A stretch of 64,000 nt of DNA from Synechococcus sp. (lineage in GTDB: Bacteria > Cyanobacteriota > Cyanobacteriia > PCC-6307 > Cyanobiaceae): NCBI GenBank assembly GCA_047285305.1, contig JBJBDL010000003.1:416001-480000 (forward strand), written 5' to 3'. The notes beneath the pieces are model-generated. The model had not been told where the DNA came from and did no database searches. It saw nothing but the letters and a program-made list of their open reading frames with translations. Positions 31,209 through 41,687 of the stretch are shown in pieces (position 1 is the stretch's first letter; every line of letters begins with the position of its first letter). A program made the position numbers and the translations under genes.

Positions 31209-33068
31209 TTAGGCCGGAACTCCAGCAGCGACTCGCACCAGGCGGACAACTCCCCGTTCGGCTAGCCCCTGAGCCACCTTGAGGCCCATGCGCCGGGTGT
31301 CTGGTTCATTGAGCACCCTTGGCATTCGACGCAGCAGAAGCTCAGGTGTGAATCCCGGCAACGATTGCAACACCTGGATCAATTCCCGCACCGGCTCTAG
31401 TTGCATCAGTGGATCGGAGAGCCCGAGAGGTGTGTGGCCAAGGGCGGATGGTTGCAGTCGTTTGGGGAGGCGTCGACCCAGGCGTTGCATCGTCGACCAA
31501 CCCAGAGCATCCAGCTGATCAACCGTGGCGGTCACCAGTTGATCCCGAAGCAGTCCTGCCTTGGGTGAGAACAGGAAGTCGAGAAGTTGATCGAGCAAGG
31601 CCTCCAGATCCAGCTGGGCCTGGCTTGCAGCGCTGGAGACCAGATTTTCCAGACGGGTCCAACGGAACGCGTCTCCATCGAACAGCATCTCCTTAAGGCT
31701 CTGACGCAACTGGGGATCGGGATCCTCCATCAGCCGCCTGGCGAAGTAGGGGTAGGCAGCACCGAGGATCTTGAAGTTCGGATCAACACTGAGGGCGATG
31801 CCCTCCAGGGTGACCAGTGATCGAATGATCAGGGCGTAGTAAGGCGGCACCCGGAAGGGGAATTTGTACATCACACCGGACATGTCGTCGGTGACCGCTT
31901 TGAAATCCATGCGGTTGACGCCGGCTTCCAAGGCCTGGCTGAAGACCTTTTCAAAGGCGGGAACAATCGGTTCCAGGTTCACATCTTCTGCCAGGAACCC
32001 CAGGGTGACGAAGTCTTTGGAGAGCTTCCCGAAGTTCCGGTTTACTAGATGGACAACCGCCTGAATCAAGCCGGTTCGTGACTCGCGGCTCACTTCGCTC
32101 ATCATCCCGAAGTCGAGATAACAGAGGCGACCGTCCTCCAGCGCCAGGAGATTGCCGGGGTGGGGGTCGGCATGGAAGAAGCCATGCTCTAGCAATTGTT
32201 GAAGGCTGCAGTTCACGCCCACTTCCACCATGTCGTCCGGGTCCACACCGAGCTCGCGAACCGCATCAAGGTTGGTGAGCTTTACGCCGTCGATCCACTC
32301 CATCGTCAGCACCCGGCGGCTTGTGGCGTTGCGATAGATCGTCGGAACAGCGATGCGAGAGTTGTGTTGATGCAGCTCAGCGAAGGTCTCAGCGTTCGAG
32401 GCCTCGTTGAGGTAGTCCATCTCTTCGAACACCCGTCGCCCCAGTTCATCGATCAGGGCGACGAGGTCGCTGCGGATCAACCCGATGTTGCTGTTCAACC
32501 AGGCGGCGATGTTGCGCACGATGTACAGATCCAGGGTGATCTGTTCGCGCAGCCCCGGGCGCTGCACCTTCACCGCCACTCTGGCGCCACCCTTGAGGGT
32601 TCCCTTGTGCACCTGACCCAAGGAGGCGGCTGAGATCGGTTCCCGGTCCAGCTGCTCGAAAATGTCATCCACCTGTGCACCCAGGTCCTCTTCGATGCAG
32701 GCCATGGCCAGGCCACTGTCGAAGCCGGGCAGTTGGTCCTGGAGCTGGGCCAGTTCCTCCAGCAGCAGCGGGGGGACGATGTCCGGTCGTGTGGAGAGCG
32801 CCTGGCCGGCCTTGATGAAGGCGGGACCAAGATCCACGAGAAGTTCAGCGCATTCGCGAGCTCGAGCCCGGGCCCGTTCCTCATCCTTCAGCAACTGGAA
32901 GATCCAGTCGAAGGCGACGCCCAGCAGCAACAGGCCTATGGGTATGAGGGTTTGCCAGAGCCGGCGGATCAGCCGCTGGGGATGGCCGGCATAAATACGT
33001 GTAATGGCGGCGGGGTCGTACTCGAGCAACCCAGCGGCTTCGATGAAATCCCCGAGCTCTTGCGCCAT
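31209..33068 (-). CDS. ABC1/AarF/UbiB atypical kinase
   Basis: LGPAFIKAGQ, AASLGQVH, VAVKVQRP, FHADPHPGN, LDFGM. Confidence 0.95.
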   Translation of the reverse strand: MAQELGDFIEAAGLLEYDPAAITRIYAGHPQRLIRRLWQTLIPIGLLLLGVAFDWIFQLLKDEERARARARECAELLVDLGPAFIKAGQALSTRPDIVPPLLLEELAQLQDQLPGFDSGLAMACIEEDLGAQVDDIFEQLDREPISAASLGQVHKGTLKGGARVAVKVQRPGLREQITLDLYIVRNIAAWLNSNIGLIRSDLVALIDELGRRVFEEMDYLNEASNAETFAELHQHNSRIAVPTIYRNATSRRVLTMEWIDGVKLTNLDAVRELGVDPDDMVEVGVNCSLQQLLEHGFFHADPHPGNLLALEDGRLCYLDFGMMSEVSRESRTGLIQAVVHLVNRNFGKLSKDFVTLGFLAEDVNLEPIVPAFEKVFSQALEAGVNRMDFKAVTDDMSGVMYKFPFRVPPYYALIIRSLVTLEGIALSVDPNFKILGAAYPYFARRLMEDPDPQLRQSLKEMLFDGDAFRWTRLENLVSSAASQAQLDLEALLDQLLDFLFSPKAGLLRDQLVTATVDQLDALGWSTMQRLGRRLPKRLQPSALGHTPLGLSDPLMQLEPVRELIQVLQSLPGFTPELLLRRMPRVLNEPDTRRMGLKVAQGLAERGVVRLVRVAAGVPA

Positions 33069-33145
33069 CAATTCATCGGGATGTTCGACACCCCTTCTAA
33101 ACGAACCGAGCTGCCGCTACGGTCGGCATCATCACAGGGCTGGAC

Positions 33146-34828
33146 GTGCTCACCGGTCTGCTGCTGCAGAACATCGCTCTGATTGAGAGTCTTGAACTGG
33201 AGTTCAGCTCGGGTTTCACGGTGCTCACCGGTGAGACCGGTGCCGGTAAATCGATCCTTCTTGATGCCCTCGATGCGGTGCTGGGAGGAGCGCAGGGTTC
33301 CAGCGGAGTTCGTCTGCTGCGGACGGGTTCGGATCGCGCCAGGATCGAGGCTGCGTTTCAACTCAACCCAGCCCTGGAGCAGTGGTTGATCGCGGCGGAG
33401 TTTGATCCCGAAGAGGAGATTCTGATTAGCCGCGAATGGAAACGGCAGGAGGGTGATCGTTATTCCAGTCGCTGCCGGCTGAATGGCAGCACGGTGAACC
33501 GTCAGCAGTTGCTTGAGCTCAGGCCGCTGTTGATTGATCTCACGGTTCAGGGACAGACCCAGCTGTTGTCGCGGGCGGGGCAGCAACGGCTCTGGCTTGA
33601 CCGTCTCGGTGGATCTGCATTGGCTGAGGTCAAAGTTCATGTAGCTCATGCCTGGACCGAATGGCGCCATGCTGCAGATGCCCTTACGGCACTTGAGCAG
33701 GAGCAGCAGCGCTCCGAACAGGAGCAGGCTGAACAGGAAGAGCAGTTGGAGCAGCTGCAAGCTGCCGATCTCGCCGACTCCGACGAGCAGCAGCGCCTGG
33801 AACAGGATCAAGACCGCCTCGTCCACGGCGTGAGGCTGCTGGAGGGTTTGGCCTTGCTGTTTGGGCGTCTCCGCGACGGTGTGGATCAGGCGCCTTCTCT
33901 GCAGGATCATTTCGCGGCGTGCATCCAGGAGCTGCAGGCCATGGCGCAGCTGGATGGTTCGCTTGAGCCCCTGCGGGATCAGGCGCTGGATCTCGAAGCA
34001 GGTGTGGATGGTTTGTTGCGCTCCCTCGATCAATACGGTCTGACGCTCGAGAGCGATCCAGACCAGCTGGAGCGGATTCAGGACCGTCTGTCGGTTTTAA
34101 AACGGCTGCAGCGACGTTACGGCCTTGATCTGGCCGGTTTGATTCAGCGGCGCGACGAGCTGCTTCATCGTTTGGGATCGGAAGGCTTCGCGGCGGATCT
34201 CGCCCGTCTGCAACAGGCCGAGACCGATCTTCGCCAGACGCGTGATCAGGCAAATGCGGCCTTGCGTCGCGAGCGGTTTAAGGCAGCGGAGGCTTTAGAG
34301 GCCTCGTTGCTGAAGCTGTTGCCACCCATGGGCCTAGCCAATTTGCGTTTCAAGGTGGCTCTCACCCCCTGTGATCCGGCTGAGCATGGGGCGGACGCTG
34401 TTCAATTCCTGTTTTCCGCCAATCCCGGCCAACCGATGGCACCGCTAACGGAGGTGGCGTCCGGCGGTGAGATGTCCCGTTTTCTGCTCGCGCTCAAGAC
34501 CACCCTTGCCGCGGTGGATGGCTCCAGCACGTTGTTGTTTGATGAGATTGATGCCGGCGTCAGCGGACGCGTCAGTGGAGCGATGGCCGATCTGCTTCAG
34601 ACCCTGGCCCGTCAGCGTCAGGTGTTCTGCGTCACACACCAACCGCTTGTGGCAGCCGTTGCTGACCACCATTTCCGGGTGAGCAAGCATGTGGAAGATG
34701 GCGTCACCCATTCGCGAGTGTCCCGACTGCGGGACACTCAGGAACGCCGCCAGGAGCTGGCAGACCTCGCTGGTGGCGATCAGGCCGACGCCTATGCAGC
34801 AAGCCTGCTGGACCAGCGAACAGCTTGA
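33146..34828 (+). CDS. recN: DNA repair protein RecN
   Basis: TGETGAGKS, coiled coil, SGGEMSR, FDEIDAGVSG, VTHQP. Confidence 0.97.
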   Translation: MLTGLLLQNIALIESLELEFSSGFTVLTGETGAGKSILLDALDAVLGGAQGSSGVRLLRTGSDRARIEAAFQLNPALEQWLIAAEFDPEEEILISREWKRQEGDRYSSRCRLNGSTVNRQQLLELRPLLIDLTVQGQTQLLSRAGQQRLWLDRLGGSALAEVKVHVAHAWTEWRHAADALTALEQEQQRSEQEQAEQEEQLEQLQAADLADSDEQQRLEQDQDRLVHGVRLLEGLALLFGRLRDGVDQAPSLQDHFAACIQELQAMAQLDGSLEPLRDQALDLEAGVDGLLRSLDQYGLTLESDPDQLERIQDRLSVLKRLQRRYGLDLAGLIQRRDELLHRLGSEGFAADLARLQQAETDLRQTRDQANAALRRERFKAAEALEASLLKLLPPMGLANLRFKVALTPCDPAEHGADAVQFLFSANPGQPMAPLTEVASGGEMSRFLLALKTTLAAVDGSSTLLFDEIDAGVSGRVSGAMADLLQTLARQRQVFCVTHQPLVAAVADHHFRVSKHVEDGVTHSRVSRLRDTQERRQELADLAGGDQADAYAASLLDQRTA

Positions 34829-34873
34829 AGGCTTGGGTTCTTCCTAAGCTCTTGTGCTTTCCAACGGGTCCTG

Positions 34874-37837
34874 ATGGCGCGAGCTGCTGCCAAGATCGCT
34901 GAATCAGCTGGCCCGCTGGCGACTCAGGAAGATGTGATTCGAGTGAGGGGTGCCCGTCAGCACAACCTCAAAAACGTCGACGTCACCATTCCCCGTAACA
35001 AGCTGGTGGTCTTCACCGGTGTGAGTGGCAGCGGCAAGAGTTCGCTCGCTTTTGACACGATCTTTGCGGAGGGACAGCGCCGCTACGTCGAAAGTCTGTC
35101 GGCCTATGCCCGTCAGTTTCTTGGGCAAGTGGACAAGCCCGATGTCGATGCCATCGAGGGCCTGTCTCCGGCGATTTCGATTGATCAGAAATCCACCAGT
35201 CACAACCCCCGCTCCACGGTGGGCACCGTCACGGAGATTCAGGACTATCTCCGTCTACTTTTCGGCCGTGCCGGCGAGCCCCACTGCCCCAAGTGTGGCC
35301 GTTCGATCAAGCCTCAGAGCATCGACGAAATGGTCGATCAGATCCTGCTGTTGCCTGAGGGAACTCGTTATCAGCTGTTGGCGCCGGTGGTGCGTGGCAA
35401 GAAGGGTACCCACACCAAGTTGATCAGTGGTTTAGCGGCGGAAGGTTTCGCCCGGGTGCGCATCAACGGTGAGGTGCGCGAGTTGGCCGACAACATCGAG
35501 CTCGACAAGAACCACAGCCACAACATTGAGGTGGTGGTCGATCGTCTTGTGGCCCGTGAGGGGATCCAGGAACGGCTGACCGATTCATTGCGCACGGCCC
35601 TCAAACGCGGCGATGGTCTGGCGTTGGTGGAGGTGGTGCCCAAGAAGGGGGAGGAGCTTCCAGACGGCGTTGAGCGGGAGCGCCTCTACTCAGAGAACTT
35701 CGCCTGCCCTGTGCACGGCGCTGTGATGGAGGAGCTGTCACCGCGTCTGTTTTCGTTCAACAGCCCCTATGGCGCCTGTGAGGCTTGCCATGGCATTGGC
35801 CACCTACGCAAATTCACCGTGGATCGTGTGATTCCGGACCCAACTCAGCCTGTGTATTCCGCGGTCGCTCCTTGGGCTGAGAAAGACAACAGCTACTACT
35901 TCTCCTTGCTGTATTCGGTGGGTGAGGCCTTCGGCTTCGAGATCAAGACCCCATGGAATGAACTTACGGATGAACAGCGGGATGTCTTGCTCAATGGCAG
36001 CCGCGAACCGATTCTGATCCAGGCCGATAGCCGTTACCGCAAGGGCAAAGGGGGATACACCCGGCCCTTCGAGGGCATTCTTCCGATCCTTGAGCGGCAG
36101 CTCCGCGATGCCAGCGGTGAAGCCCAGCGCCAGAAGTTGGAGAAGTATCTCGAGCTGGTTCCCTGTGAAGCATGTGGCGGTCAGCGCCTCCGCCCCGAAG
36201 CCCTCGCGGTGAAGGTGGGGCCGTACCGGATTCCAGAACTCACGGCCGTCAGCGTCGGTCAGACGCTCGAACGGATTGAAAAACTGATGGGTGTGGGCGC
36301 CCATGAGGGCTCTGAGCCCTTGCTGAATGCCCGTCAGATTCAGATCGGTGATCTGGTGCTCAGGGAAATCCGTCTGCGCCTGAAATTCCTGCTCGATGTT
36401 GGTCTCGACTACTTGAGCCTGGATCGACCGGCTATGACGCTCTCCGGCGGTGAAGCCCAGCGCATTCGCTTGGCGACCCAGATCGGTGCTGGTCTCACCG
36501 GGGTGCTGTACGTGCTGGATGAGCCGAGCATCGGCTTGCATCAGCGTGACAACGACCGTCTCCTGAACACCCTGGTGCGGCTCAGGGATCTCGGAAACAC
36601 TCTGGTGGTGGTGGAACACGATGAAGACACCATCCGTGCTGCCGATCACGTTGTGGACATCGGCCCTGGTGCCGGCGTCCATGGGGGACACATTGTGGCG
36701 GAAGGAAGTTTCAATGACCTGGTGGCGAGCAGTGAATCCCTCACCGGCGCCTACCTGAGTGGCCGTCGGTCGATTCCAACGCCGGCTGAACGCCGTCAGA
36801 GCGGTTCACGCTCACTCAAGTTGATTGACTGCAACCGCAACAACCTCAAGAACGTTTCGGTTGAGTTCCCCTTGGGCCGGTTGGTATCCGTCACTGGGGT
36901 GAGCGGCAGCGGCAAGAGCACTCTCGTAAATGAGCTCCTGCATCCCGCTTTAGAGAACGGACTGGGTCTAAAGGTGCCCTTTCCGCAGGGTCTGGGGGAA
37001 TTGCGGGGGTTGAAGTCGATCGACAAGGTGATCGTCATCGACCAGAGCCCGATTGGACGCACACCCCGCTCCAACCCAGCCACCTACACCGGTGCCTTTG
37101 ATCCGATCCGTCAGGTGTTCGCCGCCACGGTGGAGGCCAAGGCCCGCGGTTACCAGGTGGGTCAGTTCAGTTTCAACGTGAAGGGTGGCCGCTGTGAGGC
37201 TTGCCGTGGTCAGGGTGTGAACGTGATCGAGATGAACTTCCTGCCGGATGTGTACGTCCAGTGCGATGTCTGCAAGGGCGCCCGCTTCAACCGCGAAACC
37301 CTGCAGGTGAAATACAAGGGCTACACCATCGCGGATGTGCTGCAAATGACCGTGGAGCAAGCCGCTGAGGTGTTTGATGCCATTCCTCAGGCGGCAGATC
37401 GCTTGCGCACCTTGGTGGATGTGGGCCTGGGATATGTGAAGCTCGGCCAGCCGGCGCCAACCCTCTCGGGGGGTGAGGCCCAGCGGGTGAAGCTGGCCAC
37501 GGAGCTGTCACGGCGGGCCACTGGCAAGACTCTCTATCTGATTGATGAGCCCACCACTGGCCTCAGCTTCTACGACGTCCACAAGCTGATGGATGTGATG
37601 CAGCGCTTGGTGGACAAAGGTAACTCCATCATTTGCATCGAGCACAACCTTGATGTGATCCGTTGCAGCGACTGGATTATCGATCTCGGCCCCGAAGGCG
37701 GTGACAAGGGTGGCGAGATCCTGGTTACCGGCACTCCAGAGGAGGTCGCCCAGCACCCCACCAGTCACACCGGCCGCTACCTCGCAAGGGTTTTGGAGCA
37801 GCATCCACCAGAGCTGCCCGTTCCTTTGGCGGCTTGA
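34874..37837 (+). CDS. uvrA: Excinuclease ABC subunit A
   Basis: Two GVSGSGKS Walker A motifs, two LSGGEAQR signatures, zinc fingers. Confidence 0.98.
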   Translation: MARAAAKIAESAGPLATQEDVIRVRGARQHNLKNVDVTIPRNKLVVFTGVSGSGKSSLAFDTIFAEGQRRYVESLSAYARQFLGQVDKPDVDAIEGLSPAISIDQKSTSHNPRSTVGTVTEIQDYLRLLFGRAGEPHCPKCGRSIKPQSIDEMVDQILLLPEGTRYQLLAPVVRGKKGTHTKLISGLAAEGFARVRINGEVRELADNIELDKNHSHNIEVVVDRLVAREGIQERLTDSLRTALKRGDGLALVEVVPKKGEELPDGVERERLYSENFACPVHGAVMEELSPRLFSFNSPYGACEACHGIGHLRKFTVDRVIPDPTQPVYSAVAPWAEKDNSYYFSLLYSVGEAFGFEIKTPWNELTDEQRDVLLNGSREPILIQADSRYRKGKGGYTRPFEGILPILERQLRDASGEAQRQKLEKYLELVPCEACGGQRLRPEALAVKVGPYRIPELTAVSVGQTLERIEKLMGVGAHEGSEPLLNARQIQIGDLVLREIRLRLKFLLDVGLDYLSLDRPAMTLSGGEAQRIRLATQIGAGLTGVLYVLDEPSIGLHQRDNDRLLNTLVRLRDLGNTLVVVEHDEDTIRAADHVVDIGPGAGVHGGHIVAEGSFNDLVASSESLTGAYLSGRRSIPTPAERRQSGSRSLKLIDCNRNNLKNVSVEFPLGRLVSVTGVSGSGKSTLVNELLHPALENGLGLKVPFPQGLGELRGLKSIDKVIVIDQSPIGRTPRSNPATYTGAFDPIRQVFAATVEAKARGYQVGQFSFNVKGGRCEACRGQGVNVIEMNFLPDVYVQCDVCKGARFNRETLQVKYKGYTIADVLQMTVEQAAEVFDAIPQAADRLRTLVDVGLGYVKLGQPAPTLSGGEAQRVKLATELSRRATGKTLYLIDEPTTGLSFYDVHKLMDVMQRLVDKGNSIICIEHNLDVIRCSDWIIDLGPEGGDKGGEILVTGTPEEVAQHPTSHTGRYLARVLEQHPPELPVPLAA

Positions 37838-37862
37838 GGTGGACGGCTCCGTCACCTTCTCT
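37838..37862 (+). terminator. Possible terminator hairpin after uvrA
   Basis: GGTG(G)ACG-GCTC-CGTCACC followed by TTCTCT (weak U tract). Confidence 0.4.
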
Positions 37863-38130
37863 AAGGGTGGATGGGTTGAAGAGCAGGGCAGCCTTGCTTT
37901 GTTGATGTGAGCGATTGACTCTGACGTTGCTGGCTTGTTACATCAAGCTGGGGGTATGACTGTTACCTCTTGGGCCGAGATCCTTTGCAAGACAGGGTGA
38001 CTCGGCTTTTTTGATCGGCTCTACTTTCCAACCTTCTAAGGTTTTTTTTATTTTTAACCCCTTCTTCCGCCTCTAAAGAAAAAACAACGGCACCGAATCT
38101 GTGTCCCGTTGTTGTTTGTGAGGGGAGCGA

Positions 38131-40254
38131 ATGGGGATCCGGTTGTTGCATCTGCACCTTCACGGTCTGTTTCGTTCCCATGAGCTCGAACTGGGGCGGG
38201 ATGCTGATACAGGTGGTCAGACGTTATATGTGCTGGAGCTCGTTCGCAGCCTGGCGCAGCGAGCGGAGGTTGAGCAGGTTGATGTGGTCACCCGGCTGAT
38301 TCAGGACCGTCGGGTAGATCTCGATTACAGCCAACGGGTCGAAGCCATTGCTCCAGGGGCCCGCATCCTGCGCTTTCCATTTGGTCCGAAGCGGTATCTA
38401 CGCAAGGAGTTGCTTTGGCCCCATCTCGAGGAGCTGGCTGATCAGTTGGTGGAACATCTGAGCCAGCCGGGCCAGAGGGTGGATTGGATTCATGCCCATT
38501 ACGCCGACGCCGGTCTGGTGGGTGCTCTCGTCAGTCAGCGGTTGGGGATTCCGCTTGTTTTCACTGGCCATTCCCTCGGCCGGGAGAAACAGCGACGTCT
38601 CCTGGCCGGTGGCTTGGATCGCTCTCAGATTGAGCAGACTTACGCCATCAGCCGCCGCATCGACGCCGAAGAGCGTTCTCTGGCCCAGGCGGATCTGGTG
38701 ATCACCAGCACCCGTCAGGAGGCGGATCAGCAGTACTGCCGCTACGGCCACTTTCAGGCGGATTACGCGGCAGTGGTGCCCCCTGGCGTTGATGATTCCC
38801 GGTTCCATCCCCATGGTTCATCGCAGGAATGCTCCGCATTGCAAAGCATGTTGCAGCCTTTCCTCAGGGAGCCGGATCGTCCGCCCCTGCTGGCGATTTC
38901 CCGTGCGGTGCGGCGCAAGAACATTCCCGCTCTGGTGGAAGCCTTTGGTCAGTCGCCGGTGCTGCGGCAGCGTCACAACATGGTGCTTGTGCTCGGCTGT
39001 CGGGATGACCCTCGTGAGCTCGAGAAGCAGCAGCGCGATGTGCTTCAGCAGGTGTTCGATCTTGTGGATCGCTTTGATCTCTATGGCCAGGTGGCCTACC
39101 CAAAACAACACAGCCGTGCCCAGATTCCTGCCCTATATCGCTGGGCGGCGCGTCGTGGGGGGCTGTTTGTGAACCCGGCCTTGACCGAACCCTTCGGACT
39201 CACCCTTCTGGAGGCCGCGGCCTGTGGTTTGCCGATGGTGGCTACCGATGATGGCGGCCCACGGGATATCCAACACCGTTGCGACAACGGTCTTCTGGCA
39301 GACGTCACCGATCCAGGGGCACTTCAGGAAGCCCTGGAATTGGCCGGCAGTGATCGCTCCCGTTGGCGACGTTGGAGTGATAACGGGGTTGAGGCCATCA
39401 GTCGGCACTTCAGCTGGGATGCCCATGTGTGTAGGTACCTCGCCCTGATGCAGCAGAAAGTCCGCGTGTCACCTGTGCGTGGGATGTCGGTGGTGCGGCG
39501 GCCCAGCCCCGTCTCCAGGCTGTTGGCGCTGGATCTCGACAGCTGTTTGGAGCTGCCGGAGGAACGCTCCCTGGCGCATCTGCGCGATCGGCTTCACTCC
39601 GAACCCTTTGCCGCTTCGACAGGCTTGGTGATTCTCACGGGGCGGTCTCTGGATCAGGCGCGTCAGCGCTACCAGGAGTTGCATCTTCCCGATCCCAAGG
39701 CCTGGATCTGCCGTGCAGGAACCGAGATTCACCACACGTCGGATCGCGCGGAAGATCCCGTGTGGGCGAAGCGCATTAGCCAAGCCTGGGATCGCGAGGC
39801 TGTGCTCGCAGCGATGGGGCAACTCCAGGAACACCTTCAGCTTCAGGACCCGGATCACCAGAGTTTCTTCAAGGTCAGCTACCTGTTGCGTGCTTCCAAC
39901 CGCGGTCTGATTGGTTTGGCCCGTCAGTGCCTGCGCCGTCATGGTCTGCAGGCGGAACCCCAGCTCCGTTGCCATTGGTTCCTGGATGTTCTTCCCCAGC
40001 GCGCCTCCCGCAGTGAGGCCATCCGTTTTCTGGCCCAGTCTTGGCAGCTCCCCCTGCAGCAGGTTCTGGTGGTGGCCAGTCAGCAGGGGGATGGAGAGTT
40101 GCTGGATGGTTTGCCCGCCACGGTGGTTCCTGCGGATCACGATCCCTGCCTGTTGGGCCAACGGACCCAGCAGCGGGTGTATGTCTCGAAACGCCCCAGT
40201 GTTGGAGCCGTACTGGATGGCTTAACCCACTACCGGTTTTCAGGCAGCCGTTGA
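38131..40254 (+). CDS. spsA: Sucrose-phosphate synthase (GT-B domain plus HAD/SPP-like domain)
   Basis: LGRDADTGGQ, HAHYADAG, TGHSLG, RKNIP, EPFGLTLLEAAACG. Confidence 0.93.
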   Translation: MGIRLLHLHLHGLFRSHELELGRDADTGGQTLYVLELVRSLAQRAEVEQVDVVTRLIQDRRVDLDYSQRVEAIAPGARILRFPFGPKRYLRKELLWPHLEELADQLVEHLSQPGQRVDWIHAHYADAGLVGALVSQRLGIPLVFTGHSLGREKQRRLLAGGLDRSQIEQTYAISRRIDAEERSLAQADLVITSTRQEADQQYCRYGHFQADYAAVVPPGVDDSRFHPHGSSQECSALQSMLQPFLREPDRPPLLAISRAVRRKNIPALVEAFGQSPVLRQRHNMVLVLGCRDDPRELEKQQRDVLQQVFDLVDRFDLYGQVAYPKQHSRAQIPALYRWAARRGGLFVNPALTEPFGLTLLEAAACGLPMVATDDGGPRDIQHRCDNGLLADVTDPGALQEALELAGSDRSRWRRWSDNGVEAISRHFSWDAHVCRYLALMQQKVRVSPVRGMSVVRRPSPVSRLLALDLDSCLELPEERSLAHLRDRLHSEPFAASTGLVILTGRSLDQARQRYQELHLPDPKAWICRAGTEIHHTSDRAEDPVWAKRISQAWDREAVLAAMGQLQEHLQLQDPDHQSFFKVSYLLRASNRGLIGLARQCLRRHGLQAEPQLRCHWFLDVLPQRASRSEAIRFLAQSWQLPLQQVLVVASQQGDGELLDGLPATVVPADHDPCLLGQRTQQRVYVSKRPSVGAVLDGLTHYRFSGSR

Positions 40255-41418
40255 TCCTGGAATCACGGTCACACAGGCGGCTGCCCTGTCGGCCTTGGCT
40301 TGTGCTTCCTTCCGATCTTCTCCCCTTGCCAGGGCAACACCCATGCGTCGACCGGGGCGAGCTGTGGGCTTGCCGAACAGCAGCAATTGGGTGTCAGCTT
40401 CTGTTAGCGCTTGTTCGACCCCTTCAAAAACGACGGAGTCCATGTTCGCTTGGGCCAGGATCACGCGGCTGGCGGCCGTATCAGCTGCCGTGATGGTGGG
40501 GATCGGCAGACCGAGAACAGCGCGCAGGTGCAGTTCGAACTCGCTCAGGTTCTGGCTGATCAGGGTCACCAGGCCTGTGTCGTGCGGCCGGGGCGACAGT
40601 TCAGAAAAAATCACCTCATCGCCACAGATGAAAAATTCCACACCGAAGAGACCGGCACCGCCCAGGTTGTCGGTGACGGTTTTGGCCATGGCCTGGGCCT
40701 GACGCAATTGTTGGTCGGTGAGTTGAGCCGGCTGCCAGCTGCATTGATAGTCCCCTCCTTCCTGTTCGTGGCCGATCGGCGCACAGAACAGGGTTTCGCC
40801 ATTGCGCTGACGGATGGTGAGCAGGGTGATCTCCAGATCGAAATGGAGAAATTCCTCCACGATCACCTGGGTTGAGGTACCCCGTGCACCTGACATGGCG
40901 GCCTCCCAGGCCTTGGGCAGATCGTCTGAACAGGTCACCACGCTCTGGCCTTTGCCGGAGGAACTCATCACCGGTTTCACCACGACGGGCCAGCCCAGTG
41001 GTTTCGCCACTGCTGTGAGTTCTTCAGCACTGGAGGCATAGGCGAACCGGGCGGTGCGGAGACCGAGTTCGCCGGCCGCCAGGTCGCGGATGCGGTCTCG
41101 GTTCATCGTGACGGCCGTCGCGCGGGCTGTGGGAATCACGGTGATCCCCTCTTGTTCGAGTTCCGCCAGGGCATGCACGGCGAGAGCTTCGATCTCCGGG
41201 ATCACCACGTCGGGTTGGTGGCGCCTGACCACCTTCAGCAAGGCATCGGCATCAGTCATCGGCAGCACTTCGGCCACGTCAGCCACCTGCATGGCCGGGG
41301 CAGCGGCATAGCGATCGCAGGCGATCACCCGGCAGCCAAGCCGTTGGGCAGCAATGGCCACCTCCTTGCCCAGCTCCCCGCTGCCCAGCAGCATCACGGT
41401 GCGTGGAAACGACGGCAT
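40240..41418 (-). CDS. purT: Formate-dependent phosphoribosylglycinamide formyltransferase
   Basis: LLGSGELGKE, KPVMSSSGKGQ, ELSPRPHDTG, RRMGVAL. Confidence 0.97.
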   Translation of the reverse strand: MPSFPRTVMLLGSGELGKEVAIAAQRLGCRVIACDRYAAAPAMQVADVAEVLPMTDADALLKVVRRHQPDVVIPEIEALAVHALAELEQEGITVIPTARATAVTMNRDRIRDLAAGELGLRTARFAYASSAEELTAVAKPLGWPVVVKPVMSSSGKGQSVVTCSDDLPKAWEAAMSGARGTSTQVIVEEFLHFDLEITLLTIRQRNGETLFCAPIGHEQEGGDYQCSWQPAQLTDQQLRQAQAMAKTVTDNLGGAGLFGVEFFICGDEVIFSELSPRPHDTGLVTLISQNLSEFELHLRAVLGLPIPTITAADTAASRVILAQANMDSVVFEGVEQALTEADTQLLLFGKPTARPGRRMGVALARGEDRKEAQAKADRAAACVTVIPGSTAA

Positions 41419-41519
41419 GGTGATCATTGAATGGCCTGCCTGCATCATCAATCAACGCAAGTCCTGAGACTTTCCGCAGCCTGGGGTGCAGTGCTCGGTG
41501 GACGCGAGCCTATTGGGGC

Positions 41520-41687
41520 TCAGTTCGAATCGGTGCTGCTCTGACGGCGCACTTCGCCGATCAGCCACACGCCCATGAATCCAAGCGACGACACACCGAA
41601 ATAGATCAGCACCCACCGCAGAACCCGGTCAGGATCCGCAGCTGCATTGGCGAGCAGCTCAGCGGTTTTGGCAAGCAGGTTGTCCAT
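41520..41687 (-). CDS. Small single-TM membrane protein, 55 aa, not in the ORF track
   Basis: MDNLLAKTAELLANAAADPDRVLRWVLIYFGVSSLGFMGVWLIGEVRRQSSTDSN; its ATG overlaps the upstream stop (TGATG). Confidence 0.75.
   Translation of the reverse strand: MDNLLAKTAELLANAAADPDRVLRWVLIYFGVSSLGFMGVWLIGEVRRQSSTDSN

Noticed and set aside
33069..34873. LexA boxes before recN or uvrA
   Set aside because: No AGTAC-N4-GTACT-type palindrome seen in either upstream region.
37953..37966. GTA...TAC motif upstream of sps as an NtcA box
   Set aside because: The spacer is 7 nt, not 8.
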